Origin: Aeropyrum pernix K1
Lineage (GTDB): Archaea; Thermoproteota; Thermoprotei_A; Sulfolobales; Acidilobaceae
DNA length: 32,000 nt
Reading direction: 5' to 3'
NCBI RefSeq assembly: GCF_000011125.1
Contig: NC_000854.2
Coordinates: 1,560,001-1,592,000, forward strand
Shown: one piece after another, positions 15,939 through 24,633 of the stretch
Numbering within the stretch: position 1 is the stretch's first letter
How the letters are laid out: each line of letters begins with the position of its first letter
Position numbers and translations under genes: made by a program
Notes under the pieces: generated by a model
The model's input: only the letters and a program-made list of their open reading frames with translations
The model's database searches: none
What the model was told of the DNA's origin: nothing

Positions 15939-16157
15939 CTAGGGACCTGTGAAGCCACAGTTTGGACACGTATATGTGGCCCCCTGCTTTCTACACCTGC
16001 TGCAGCGCCATATCTCCACTTCACCGCAGTTCGGGCATGGGAACCTTGTGGCTGTCGAGCCTGGCTCCACTATCCTGCCACAGCTTGTGCACCGTGGGGG
16101 GTGTACGTAATCGTAAACGTCTATCTTCCGGGGCTGTACTGCCATTACCCTGAACAC
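15939..16157 (-). CDS. Double zinc-ribbon protein usually paired with aEF-1beta
   Basis: Four CxxC pairs (CTSC, CPNC, CSRC, CPNC). It sits immediately upstream of ef1b, as in many archaea. Alternative start at Met5 (16145). Confidence 0.75.
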   Translation of the reverse strand: MFRVMAVQPRKIDVYDYVHPPRCTSCGRIVEPGSTATRFPCPNCGEVEIWRCSRCRKQGATYTCPNCGFTGP

Positions 16158-16184
16158 CCCTGTGTAGGTTTACTTGTAGGGTTA

Positions 16185-17354
16185 TTAAGCCTCGCCTAGC
16201 GGGCTGCAGCTTCTGAACTCTAGCCTCACCGCCCTCCTGAGGTCCTCGTCAACGGGGAGGTGGTCGAATATACTGCCTGAGGACCTCTCCAGCTCCAGAT
16301 GGTCGACGAGCCACTTGTACCTACCACCTGCGAGGCCGCTGGCTACCAGGGCTGCACCTGACGCACCCTCCTTGGTTTTAGAACCGAGCCTCTCTATCGT
16401 CAGGACTCTCGGGGTGAGCCCGATCGAGGAAATAAAGTCTCTAAGCCTGCTCCTCAGCTCGCTGCCCAGCCTTCCCAGCGAGAACAGCCTGCCAGAGACA
16501 TAGACTCTAACCTCTCCTCCCTCAGGTCTAAGGGAGGGGAGCAGTGTTGCAACACTCTTCACCACGCCCTCCCCAAGCATCTCCAACGCCTCTAACCCAC
16601 CGCCCTCTGAAGCCTTCTCCTCCAACTCAACAGGCGATGAAACCCCCGCAACCCAGCCAGCACCACCTTTGAAGAGCAGGGACTTGGAGAACCTGGGCGC
16701 CACCGCCGCTAGGGCGTAGGCCGCCTCACCATCCATGGCCCCGCCCCCCATGAAGCCGTGGAAGCCGCTGGTCCCACCCACGCCGTCCACAACTTTACCC
16801 CCTACGACTGCCACGGCCGCTGTGTATGCCATACCAGCCTCGACGGCTATGAACCTCGCCGCCTCCGGTTCTACCCCGTGGTATTCAACCTCAGTCCTCA
16901 AAGCTGCGGCAACAGTGTACAGCTTATCCGCTGTCCCCATATCAATCCTACCCACTTTCCTCCAAGCTGGCACTGTGGGAAGGTGTATGACGCCCGGGGT
17001 GAACCATGCGGGGAGGTCGGAGGAGGCGAAGAGGGCCATGAGCCTCCTCAGCCCCACTATCCTGAGGCCGAGGACCTCGTCGCTGGAGTGTATAAATGTG
17101 GCCTCACAGATATCCCCTGGGGCTGTCTCGCTAGCCCGCTTCAAAGGCATACCATAGCCGCTCGGCGCCACTACGGCGTCGAGACCTCCTACTTTCGCGG
17201 AGGCCTCTTCTACGATCCTCAAAGGCAGGGATGGGTCACGGGTTACCTCGTCTCTAGGTATGGACTCCTCGAGAAAAACGTTGTTAGACTCGTCGTCAAA
17301 ACCCAGAACATCCATTGACCCCGTCCCAGGGTCTATCCCCACGACCTTGGGCAA
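16185..17354 (-). CDS. ASKHA-superfamily (actin/sugar-kinase fold) protein, DUF1464/predicted butyrate-kinase-like
   Basis: N-terminal phosphate-1 motif VVGIDPGTGSMDV, with later Gly-rich segments (GGTSGFHGFMGGGAMDGE). Family assignment is from memory and was not searched. TTG start. Confidence 0.6.
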   Translation of the reverse strand: MPKVVGIDPGTGSMDVLGFDDESNNVFLEESIPRDEVTRDPSLPLRIVEEASAKVGGLDAVVAPSGYGMPLKRASETAPGDICEATFIHSSDEVLGLRIVGLRRLMALFASSDLPAWFTPGVIHLPTVPAWRKVGRIDMGTADKLYTVAAALRTEVEYHGVEPEAARFIAVEAGMAYTAAVAVVGGKVVDGVGGTSGFHGFMGGGAMDGEAAYALAAVAPRFSKSLLFKGGAGWVAGVSSPVELEEKASEGGGLEALEMLGEGVVKSVATLLPSLRPEGGEVRVYVSGRLFSLGRLGSELRSRLRDFISSIGLTPRVLTIERLGSKTKEGASGAALVASGLAGGRYKWLVDHLELERSSGSIFDHLPVDEDLRRAVRLEFRSCSPLGEA

Positions 17355-17444
17355 ACCGTGGACACCCCAACCAGAACCCGGTTTGACAGGCTAATAATAT
17401 GGTTCTATAGACACTGAGGAGAAGTTTTGGAGGTGTAGCAGTGG

Positions 17445-17912
17445 TTGACGCTGATAGTCTTCTTCAGGCATGGAAAGGCTGAGCCTAAGATGCCGGGTGT
17501 TGACGATAGAGAGAGGAGGCTTACAGAGGAGGGTGCCGCGGATGTTGAGTGCGCGGCACGGCTCCTCCGCGGAAGGGGGGTTGTGAGGATATTAACCTCC
17601 CCCTATCGAAGAGCTATTCAGACGGCCGAGATCCTGGCCAGGACACTGGACCTTGAATACTCCGTTGTCGAATGGCTGGCCCCAGACTCTGGTATCTCCG
17701 TGGAGGACCTCCCTAGACTTGGGGTGGGGGACGGTTATGTTCTAGTCGGGCATAATCCCTGGATGGAGGACACGGTAACCGAGCTTGCAGGCGGGTTTCT
17801 AGAGCTAAAAGCCGGGGGATTCGCTGTAGTCGAGGTTGAGTCTTTCAAGGCAGGAGGAGGCAAACTACTATCCCTCGTGAACCCGGGAGTAATCAGCATA
17901 TGCCAGAGGTGA
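17445..17912 (+). CDS. Histidine-phosphatase-superfamily protein, SixA-like
   Basis: 155 aa. Catalytic RHG in IVFFRHGKAE, a second Arg in SPYRRAIQTAE and His in VGHNPWM, giving SixA-like size and motif order. Confidence 0.72.
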   Translation: MTLIVFFRHGKAEPKMPGVDDRERRLTEEGAADVECAARLLRGRGVVRILTSPYRRAIQTAEILARTLDLEYSVVEWLAPDSGISVEDLPRLGVGDGYVLVGHNPWMEDTVTELAGGFLELKAGGFAVVEVESFKAGGGKLLSLVNPGVISICQR

Positions 17913-18475
17913 CTACAGGCTTGACCCGGGAGAGGGGGCCAGGCCTTTGGATAGTGCTGCTAGGCATTCTACTTGGAGGAGCCGTGTTTCTGGCTGGTTC
18001 ATTAGCAGGTTATATAAAGCCAAACTACAGCCTCCTGGAGAATGTTTCGGAGAAGGCGGGCCTTATCATGAGGCTTCCGCCATTACTAAGACCGCTCGGT
18101 ATATTCCTGAATAACATTGTCGCGGCCACTCTCACCTACATACTGACAATTGTACTAATAATACCGGGTATCTCGGTTATCGCTCTAAACGGTTACATCG
18201 TGGGGAGTGCTGTCAGGTACGCAGTAGAGGAGGGTGGACTAAGCCTTCTCACAGCCCTCCTCCTCATAATACCGCATGGAATCCTGGAGATACCAGCTTT
18301 CCTGGCGGCGGTCGGCTTCGGCATGAGATGCCTAGCCTACTGCAGGGGGGTGAGGAGGGTTATCGAGAACACCCTCTCGATGTACGCAGTAACCGCCCCA
18401 CTGCTTCTTATAGCAGCGTTCATCGAGATCTTCGTAACACCCGTTATAGCTGGGGTAGGGGGGCTTGGCGGCTGA
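17900..18475 (+). CDS. SpoIIM/DUF95-like integral membrane protein
   Basis: About 5 TM spans. FLNNIVAATLTY and IIPHGILEIPAFLAA match the characteristic HG(I/V)xE(I/L)PA motif. Overlaps both neighbouring genes (13 and 11 nt). Confidence 0.62.
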   Translation: MPEVTTGLTRERGPGLWIVLLGILLGGAVFLAGSLAGYIKPNYSLLENVSEKAGLIMRLPPLLRPLGIFLNNIVAATLTYILTIVLIIPGISVIALNGYIVGSAVRYAVEEGGLSLLTALLLIIPHGILEIPAFLAAVGFGMRCLAYCRGVRRVIENTLSMYAVTAPLLLIAAFIEIFVTPVIAGVGGLGG

Positions 18476-19274
18476 TGACTGTAGTATAGTGGCGCAAGGC
18501 TGCCCCGCAGTATTGATAGCAGAGTCCGCCAAAGGCGAGAGGAGGAGTTATTACGTAAGGGTTTCAGAAGGCTCAGCCTACTCAACTATAGCTGGCGTAG
18601 TCACAGGCCGAAGTATACTGGGGAAACCGTGGGGGGTGATACTGCGGAGCAGGCTCGGGACTATCGCTGTTGTAAAGCCCAGCCTCGCCGAACTTATGGA
18701 GGGGTTCTACGAGAGGAGGACGCAGGTCATCTACCCTAAGGACTCTGGTATGATAGCGGTTCTCGTCGGGGCCAGGCCGGGAGCTAGGCTTCTAGAGGCG
18801 GGGGTCGGGAGCGGTTTCATGACAACAGTTCTCGCAATGGGCCTCTGCCCCACTGGCAGGTTGATAGGGTTGGAGGTTAGGAGTGAAAACCTAGAAACCG
18901 CTAGAAGGAACCTGGAAGCTGCTGGACTGCTCGACTGCGTTGACCTCAGGCTAGGCGATGTTAGGAACCCCGCGAGCGTCGAGGGCTTGGGCCCTTTCGA
19001 CGGCGTGGTGCTGGACATGCCTGATCCGTGGAGAGCTCTGGAGAGCATCTCGGGCGAGGTGAAGCCGAGCGCAGTGGCAGTGGTTTTCGTCCCAACGTCA
19101 ACACAGCTCGAAAAGCTCATTACAAACATGCCAGGCGGGTGGGTTTTGCAGGGGGCCTTTGAGACTATGGCCCGAACAGTGTTGATGTCCCCTGGAGCCG
19201 TTCGGCCGGGCGAGTGGCTTGCTGGCTTCACAGGATATATAGTGGTTCTACGTAGGGTTGTTGAAACCCAGTGA
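18465..19274 (+). CDS. trmI: tRNA (adenine-N1)-methyltransferase TrmI/Gcd14 family
   Basis: QVIYPKDSGMI, SAM motif LEAGVGSGFMTTVLA, and DGVVLDMPDPWRAL (the family's DxPxPW motif). The exact start among TTG/GTG codons at 18465-18510 is uncertain. Confidence 0.85.
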   Translation: MAADDCSIVAQGCPAVLIAESAKGERRSYYVRVSEGSAYSTIAGVVTGRSILGKPWGVILRSRLGTIAVVKPSLAELMEGFYERRTQVIYPKDSGMIAVLVGARPGARLLEAGVGSGFMTTVLAMGLCPTGRLIGLEVRSENLETARRNLEAAGLLDCVDLRLGDVRNPASVEGLGPFDGVVLDMPDPWRALESISGEVKPSAVAVVFVPTSTQLEKLITNMPGGWVLQGAFETMARTVLMSPGAVRPGEWLAGFTGYIVVLRRVVETQ

Positions 19275-19351
19275 AGGCGAAGAGTTCGGTAGCCTCCATG
19301 CTATCGCTAAAAATAATATTCCTGCGCAGAACTGCTAAGTCATGTGGGTGA

Positions 19352-19804
19352 ATGCTCATGGTTGTCTTCATAAGGAAGAGAAGGAAAATTCCTGTTCGTG
19401 CTAGCGATATCATGATAACAGAGGTTGTGACTGTCAAGCCCGACGACCCCGTGACGCGTGCGGCCAAGCTTATGGTAGAGAACCTGATAGGAAGTGTGCT
19501 CGTTGTTGATGATGAGGGTAGGCTACGTGGCATAGTAACTGAGAGAGACATAGTCTACGTTGTCAGTGAGGCGTGGGACCCAACTAAACACAGGGTCTGG
19601 GAGATAATGACCGAGAACCCGATAGTGGTTAGGCCTGACGACGACTTGCTAACGGTTGTGAGGAAGATGAGTGAGACGAATGTGAGACACCTACCGGTGG
19701 TTGACGAGAAAGGAGCCCCTGTAGGTATAATAAGCTTCAGGGACGTCTTGGACTTCCTAATGTCGGTGCTAGGCCTTGCCCTGGGTATGGCCCTGGAAAG
19801 GTAG
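19352..19804 (+). CDS. CBS-domain pair protein
   Basis: Two CBS repeats: IMITEVVTVKPDDPV...LIGSVLVVDDEGRLRGIVTERDIV and IMTENPIVVRPDDDL...NVRHLPVVDEKGAPVGIISFRDVL. Confidence 0.82.
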   Translation: MLMVVFIRKRRKIPVRASDIMITEVVTVKPDDPVTRAAKLMVENLIGSVLVVDDEGRLRGIVTERDIVYVVSEAWDPTKHRVWEIMTENPIVVRPDDDLLTVVRKMSETNVRHLPVVDEKGAPVGIISFRDVLDFLMSVLGLALGMALER

Positions 19805-19904
19805 GCATTAGGTTTACCGTGGGGCTAATGGAAACCGTTCTTACTTAAAACACTATTCAATTTTAACAGGGGTTAAAGCCTGTATCCCCCATTACCTGTT
19901 AACG

Positions 19905-20744
19905 GTGTTAAACTTGAGCGAGGCGCTTGCCACGGGCCTGGTAGCATTTAGAGAGGCTTTCGAGGCTATACTGCTGAGCACCATAATAATTATGCTGCTA
20001 AAGAAGATGGGGGAGCACGGCAAGATTAAGATAGTGTATACGACGGCAATCCTGAGCGTCGTTCTAGGTGTTGCACTTGGCGCCGGAATTTACACAATAT
20101 TCAGGGGCTTCCCGGAGAAGGAGCTGGTGGAGGCTGGCATGTCATACCTTGCTGCCATGGTAATAGGCACTGTAATAGTCTGGGGAGTCAGGCATGGTCC
20201 AAAGATTAAGGGTGAGATTGAGGCGAAGCTCGCCTCCAGCCTCTCGGCCAAGGCTGTAGCCGTTGTAACCTTCATCTTCGTGTTTCGGGAGGTGTTTGAA
20301 ACAGTACTCATAACAGCCCCCTTCCTAGTCTCAAACCCATCATCAAATATTCTAGGGGTTAGCGGAGGCACTCTTGGAGCTCTCGCTCTGGGAGTAGCTG
20401 TTTACTGGCTAGGCATGAGGATAAACCTAAGAACATTCTTCCTAGGCACATCTATACTCCTTGCATTCGTTGCATCAGGCCTGGTGGGCTATGGAACCCA
20501 TGAGCTGCTAGAGTGGTTTGAGGAGGAGGGTATAAAGCTTGGTGTGCTGGGCAAGAAGATACAGTTGCTGAACGTCGGCGAGAACAGCCTATTGCACCCG
20601 AAGAATGCTATTGGAGGTCTGCTGTCTGTTATGGTGGGATATTATCACTACATGGAGATAGCGAGAATAATTCTTCAGGGATCAACGCTGCTGTTGCTTC
20701 TAGCCTACATCATAGCAGCCTACAAACCATTTGGTAAATTCTAA
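19905..20744 (+). CDS. FTR1/EfeU-family iron permease
   Basis: Two membrane-embedded RExxE motifs (REAFEAILL and REVFETVLI) in a roughly 7-TM protein. GTG start. Confidence 0.75.
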   Translation: MLNLSEALATGLVAFREAFEAILLSTIIIMLLKKMGEHGKIKIVYTTAILSVVLGVALGAGIYTIFRGFPEKELVEAGMSYLAAMVIGTVIVWGVRHGPKIKGEIEAKLASSLSAKAVAVVTFIFVFREVFETVLITAPFLVSNPSSNILGVSGGTLGALALGVAVYWLGMRINLRTFFLGTSILLAFVASGLVGYGTHELLEWFEEEGIKLGVLGKKIQLLNVGENSLLHPKNAIGGLLSVMVGYYHYMEIARIILQGSTLLLLLAYIIAAYKPFGKF

Positions 20745-20860
20745 TAGCCCTTACTCAAAGATATTCCCTGTCTACATGAAGGATCAAAGACAGCAAGATA
20801 ATGAAGCTAGCCTCTTTTAACATAGGGGAACTTCATAGCCTGCCCGCGGAAACGCTAGGT

Positions 20861-21694
20861 TTATTGACTAAGAGCCTTAGATATGGTCTCTACAATATCC
20901 TCGCCGTTTGACCCGTAGAGCCTGTGAAGACTCCTCCTTAGCCTCGCTAGTATTGCCAATGTTGCCACAAACTGGAGTGTAAAACCCATGAAACCAAGCA
21001 GGCCGATGACAATGCCTAAGATATGGATTATTGGCGAAGCCAACAGTATATAGAAGGGTAGCCTGCTCTTAATTCGAGCTAGCTTGAGCGTGTTTTCTAT
21101 GTTAAATGCGTACAGGGATAAAGCTATAATGTATACTATGTTCCCCGCAAGATAGACCATCGTGCCTGCTCCGGTATATACCGTTAGGAGCCCTATAACC
21201 ACCATTGCCGAGGATACTAGGAAGAGATACCCAGATAGCCCCGGGAGCATGGGGTTAGCCCCTGATATCGCCGCCACGAGGAATGAGGATCTGGCGTAGA
21301 CAACCATCCTATACAGATAATAAATCCAGAGAGCTACAGCAAGCAAAACAAGGTTCAGGAACATAAGGGCGATAAACGTCTCTACAAAGCCCAGCGAGAT
21401 AACCTTCGGGAGAAGCCATGCAAGACTCGAGGGAACCAGCGCCAGGTAGTTGGGCGCGCTACCCGGGTCGAACCCCCATAATGCCATTGCTGCAACCACT
21501 ACGGAGAAGAGGGAGAAAGACCACACCAGGCCCGCCAGGGAACTGTAGAGAAAGTATTTTAAACCTGCAGCAGTTAGGCCTATGTAGATGTTTCTGTAGA
21601 ACTCGGTATAGTAAGACTCTGTCTCAAGCTCGGCCTTTGAGGCGAGCTCCCAACAGTTCTCGCCTCTGCATTGGCTTGCCTCAACCCTGCTCAA
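20861..21694 (-). CDS. Polytopic membrane protein, hypothetical
   Basis: 277 aa with about 7 hydrophobic spans. No motif recognised. Lower GC than its neighbours, partly expected from the hydrophobic composition. Confidence 0.55.
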   Translation of the reverse strand: MSRVEASQCRGENCWELASKAELETESYYTEFYRNIYIGLTAAGLKYFLYSSLAGLVWSFSLFSVVVAAMALWGFDPGSAPNYLALVPSSLAWLLPKVISLGFVETFIALMFLNLVLLAVALWIYYLYRMVVYARSSFLVAAISGANPMLPGLSGYLFLVSSAMVVIGLLTVYTGAGTMVYLAGNIVYIIALSLYAFNIENTLKLARIKSRLPFYILLASPIIHILGIVIGLLGFMGFTLQFVATLAILARLRRSLHRLYGSNGEDIVETISKALSQ

Positions 21695-21849
21695 GAGTAG
21701 CCCCTACTGTAAACAGTATAGTTGTTCAATCGATTGAGCTATTTTCACAACGTTATACGCCCTCACGGGCCTTCTCTTTTAAATCCTTCACAAATAAAGA
21801 ATAGCCCTTTTTCCCCGCCTTTTAACTGCTTTAGCTTCACCGCATTCTT

Positions 21850-23502
21850 TCAGCTACACATCCACCCCCTCTCTCCCGTGAGACCTTCCAGGTTGGCTAC
21901 AGCCTCTACTACACTCCTTTTTGAATGTCGAGAGAGGGGGACCGGAACGGCCTCAACACTCCTGCCTGAATGCACGCCTGTAACCAAAACCCTATCCAGA
22001 AATGTCCCCCGGGGCAATCTACACTTAACCGCTGCTATAAGGGGATAGCTTCCAGGCTGTCTGGAATAGCAGATGCTATCCACGCACTCTTCCACCCATA
22101 GGCCTCGAAGCACGGTACCCCTGGGGGCAACCATGGAGAGCATTTTAGGGTCGAAGACGCTCCTCACCCACTTAACGAAGCTGGAGGCGAGCTTCTCTCT
22201 CTTACCACCTAACCCGGCTCCCATTCTGTATGCCCTAGCAACCGGGAGTACAAGTATCCTCCTTACATTGACTCTCCTAACGAGGAGCCTCTCATTAAGC
22301 AGAGTCTCAAGGAACTCCCGGTTCAGCCTGTAAGTCTCGCTCCTCTCTCCGGGCAAGCCTAGAATAAAGTTTATACCGGGTAGTAGATGGGGCATGCCGT
22401 TCCAGCCGCGGGCAGCGCCAACCCTGTTTACTATTCTCACAGCCTCAAGCACGTCCTCAGGGTGGGTGTTGAGATTGTTTATCCTGGCAACCTTTGGGTC
22501 AGCGGTCTCAAGACCCATTGCCGCAACATCCCCTGGGGTATGCAGCTTTACTATAACCTTCAACGCCTTCTCCGATGCTACCGGATACCTTACTATGGTT
22601 CCAGGGTTCACATTGTCTATATGCAGGACCCTTAATCCGGGGGCTGCGCTCCTGACCCCCGTGAAGAGCTTCTCCAACTCCCTGGGATTTGGGGGCGGCC
22701 ACTCCTCACTGTCGAGTGCGGGAGAACCATACACTAGGATATCTGCTTGCCTACCAAGCCTGAAGTGTAGGACGCCTGCCCGGTACAGCGCCTCTACCTC
22801 CCGTGCTATAGCTTCTGGGCGCCTCTGTATGGGCCTACCCCTGAGCGGTTCGACGCAGAAGCTACAGCCGCCGGATACCCAGCGAGCGCATCCCCTGTAA
22901 GTTTCTATCTCGGCCACAAGGTTGCGGCCATAGCTGGGGTGGTGCTTCACGATTCTTGCTCCAAGGGGGGCCACCTTGTCGACAATGCTGTAATCCTCTC
23001 TTACACTGCCTGGATCCGCCTTCTCAGCACCATAAAGCGCCAGGTCAAGGAAGTACTCCTCCACATCGCCTGTAACAAGGACGTCGAAACCCTCTCTCTT
23101 AAACTTCCATGGAGGATACGCTATAGACCCGCCCCTGACGCCTAGCCCCCATTTGGCAGCCGGGCCAGCCAGTATCTTAAGCGGGCCCTCAATTATCTTA
23201 GCCCACATAATAAGCTCCTCAGGCTCAGCAGGCCTGGCACCTATATACCTTCCTGGGACGACGACGCCGGCTATGAAGACTACTGCATCATACGTAGATG
23301 CTCGATAGAGCCAATTCTTGTTCTCCCTGAACCTATCGACGTCAACATAGTCCACCCGAATGCTCTTATCAACACTCCACAGAGCCCCCGCAATGTACCG
23401 GGGGTACACGTCGATGTAAGGCGGCACTCCCAGCCCTCCAGGCTCGTCGTTATAGCCGTCAACTATGAGCAGTTTCTCCAAACCCATAGCAAAACTCCCC
23501 AT
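21850..23502 (-). CDS. Radical SAM-type Fe-S enzyme with N-terminal Rossmann-like and C-terminal OB/TRAM-like extensions
   Basis: Cys triad YRGCARWVSGGCSFCVEP (CX7CX2C). The downstream segment resembles a radical-SAM barrel (HFRLGRQADILVYG, INFILGLPGE). The family resembles the archaeal radical-SAM group with C-terminal extensions; this is recollection, not verified. Confidence 0.75.
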   Translation of the reverse strand: MGSFAMGLEKLLIVDGYNDEPGGLGVPPYIDVYPRYIAGALWSVDKSIRVDYVDVDRFRENKNWLYRASTYDAVVFIAGVVVPGRYIGARPAEPEELIMWAKIIEGPLKILAGPAAKWGLGVRGGSIAYPPWKFKREGFDVLVTGDVEEYFLDLALYGAEKADPGSVREDYSIVDKVAPLGARIVKHHPSYGRNLVAEIETYRGCARWVSGGCSFCVEPLRGRPIQRRPEAIAREVEALYRAGVLHFRLGRQADILVYGSPALDSEEWPPPNPRELEKLFTGVRSAAPGLRVLHIDNVNPGTIVRYPVASEKALKVIVKLHTPGDVAAMGLETADPKVARINNLNTHPEDVLEAVRIVNRVGAARGWNGMPHLLPGINFILGLPGERSETYRLNREFLETLLNERLLVRRVNVRRILVLPVARAYRMGAGLGGKREKLASSFVKWVRSVFDPKMLSMVAPRGTVLRGLWVEECVDSICYSRQPGSYPLIAAVKCRLPRGTFLDRVLVTGVHSGRSVEAVPVPLSRHSKRSVVEAVANLEGLTGERGWMCS

Positions 23503-23607
23503 AAGGTGCTACAACATCACCGGACCCTTCCAGACATTATATAGAGGCTCCGAGGGCGTGATATTTCTGTAATTAATATAACATGGCAAGTAGGATATGG
23601 CCGGGTT

Positions 23608-24069
23608 TTATCCCTGTAGCAGGTTCAACTCTTCAAGATACTCCTCGATGAGCTTTTCAACCCCTCTAAGCGTGTCGAGGACCTCCCCTGCCTCCTCAGG
23701 AGTTATCTCGTGCCTGTCACCCCAGAAGCTCCTGGGAGGCCCCCATCTGGGTATGACGTGGACGTGGAAGTGGAATATTATCTGGCCAGCATACCTGCCG
23801 CTGTTAGTCAACACGTTTACCGCTGGCGCTCCAGCCTTTTCCCTGTAATATCGTGCTATGGCAGAGGCAGCTAGCCAGACCTTCGCCGCCACCCTCGGAG
23901 GCGCCGTATGGATACTCTCATAATGCTCGTCGGGCACTACGAGCAGGTGCCCCTTTGAGGCGGGATACCTGTCAAGGAAAACTGTGACCCCGTTTCCCTT
24001 GTAAACCGTGTACGCCTCCGCCTCGCCCTTCACAATCCTACAGAATATACACTCCACCCCGGCCACCAT
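23608..24069 (-). CDS. HIT-family nucleotide hydrolase/transferase
   Basis: CIFCRIV N-terminus and the histidine triad HFHVHVIPR. Confidence 0.9.
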   Translation of the reverse strand: MVAGVECIFCRIVKGEAEAYTVYKGNGVTVFLDRYPASKGHLLVVPDEHYESIHTAPPRVAAKVWLAASAIARYYREKAGAPAVNVLTNSGRYAGQIIFHFHVHVIPRWGPPRSFWGDRHEITPEEAGEVLDTLRGVEKLIEEYLEELNLLQG

Positions 24070-24163
24070 ACACCCCCTCCGAAGACCAGCCTCATATTTA
24101 TTAGGCCATATATTTGACCGTCAGCTGCGAAGCACTATAACGGGCCCCCTAGACCCCGGGGGC

Positions 24164-24610
24164 GTGGGGGTGATCAGGGTGGAGATAGACCCCGAGCTAA
24201 GAGAGATACTGAGGAAGAAAGCTGCAAGCATTGTTGTAGAAGCCAGTACCTGCTGCAGGATAGACTATGAGGGTCCTGTGGCCGAGGTCCTCGACCCCAG
24301 GGAGCTGAGGGAGATGCTGGATAATTGCAGAGTTGTCATAGCCTTTTTCTACACTCCCACGTGCCCGTACTGTCGGATGCTGAAGCCTGTTTTCGAGGAG
24401 GCGGCGAGATTCTATAGAGGTAAGGCGCTCTTCGCAGCAGTTAATCTAGCGAGATTCCCGTTCATGAGCGACGCCCTCGGCATAATGGGCACCCCTACTA
24501 TAATAGCGTTTGTGAGGGGTAGAGAAGCAGGCAGGCTAGTGGGGCTTATGCCGCCCGAAAGGCTGGAAGCCTTTGTAGAGGCGGTCCTCGACGCCGGGGG
24601 CTGCGTCTAG
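24164..24610 (+). CDS. Thioredoxin-fold protein with a CPYC active site
   Basis: VIAFFYTPTCPYCRMLKPVFEEAA...GTPTIIAF is a thioredoxin-like core. The track ORF start at 24008 overlaps the divergent HIT gene, so GTG at 24164 or 24170 downstream of AT-rich boxes (24091-24116) is preferred. Confidence 0.72.
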   Translation: MGVIRVEIDPELREILRKKAASIVVEASTCCRIDYEGPVAEVLDPRELREMLDNCRVVIAFFYTPTCPYCRMLKPVFEEAARFYRGKALFAAVNLARFPFMSDALGIMGTPTIIAFVRGREAGRLVGLMPPERLEAFVEAVLDAGGCV

Positions 24611-24633
24611 CAACCCCCTGGGGGGCCCTTATC

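Noticed and set aside
15926-16024. 33-codon upstream extension of the aEF-1beta ORF
   Set aside because: It overlaps the Zn-ribbon gene's 3' end in another frame. The canonical EF-1beta N-terminus (MARVAVVVKV) begins at 15925.
20861-21850. Lower-GC block (membrane protein gene plus 155-bp spacer) as a horizontally acquired island
   Set aside because: There are no flanking repeats, tRNA or integrase. The GC drop is largely explained by the Phe/Ile/Leu/Tyr-rich membrane protein composition and by an AT-rich promoter spacer.
24008-24163. N-terminal 52 codons of track ORF 24008..24610 as part of the thioredoxin-fold gene
   Set aside because: This stretch overlaps the 5' end of the divergent HIT gene (to 24069) and spans its likely promoter region. 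It translates to a non-descript sequence. GTG codons at 24164 and 24170 give a product of normal size.
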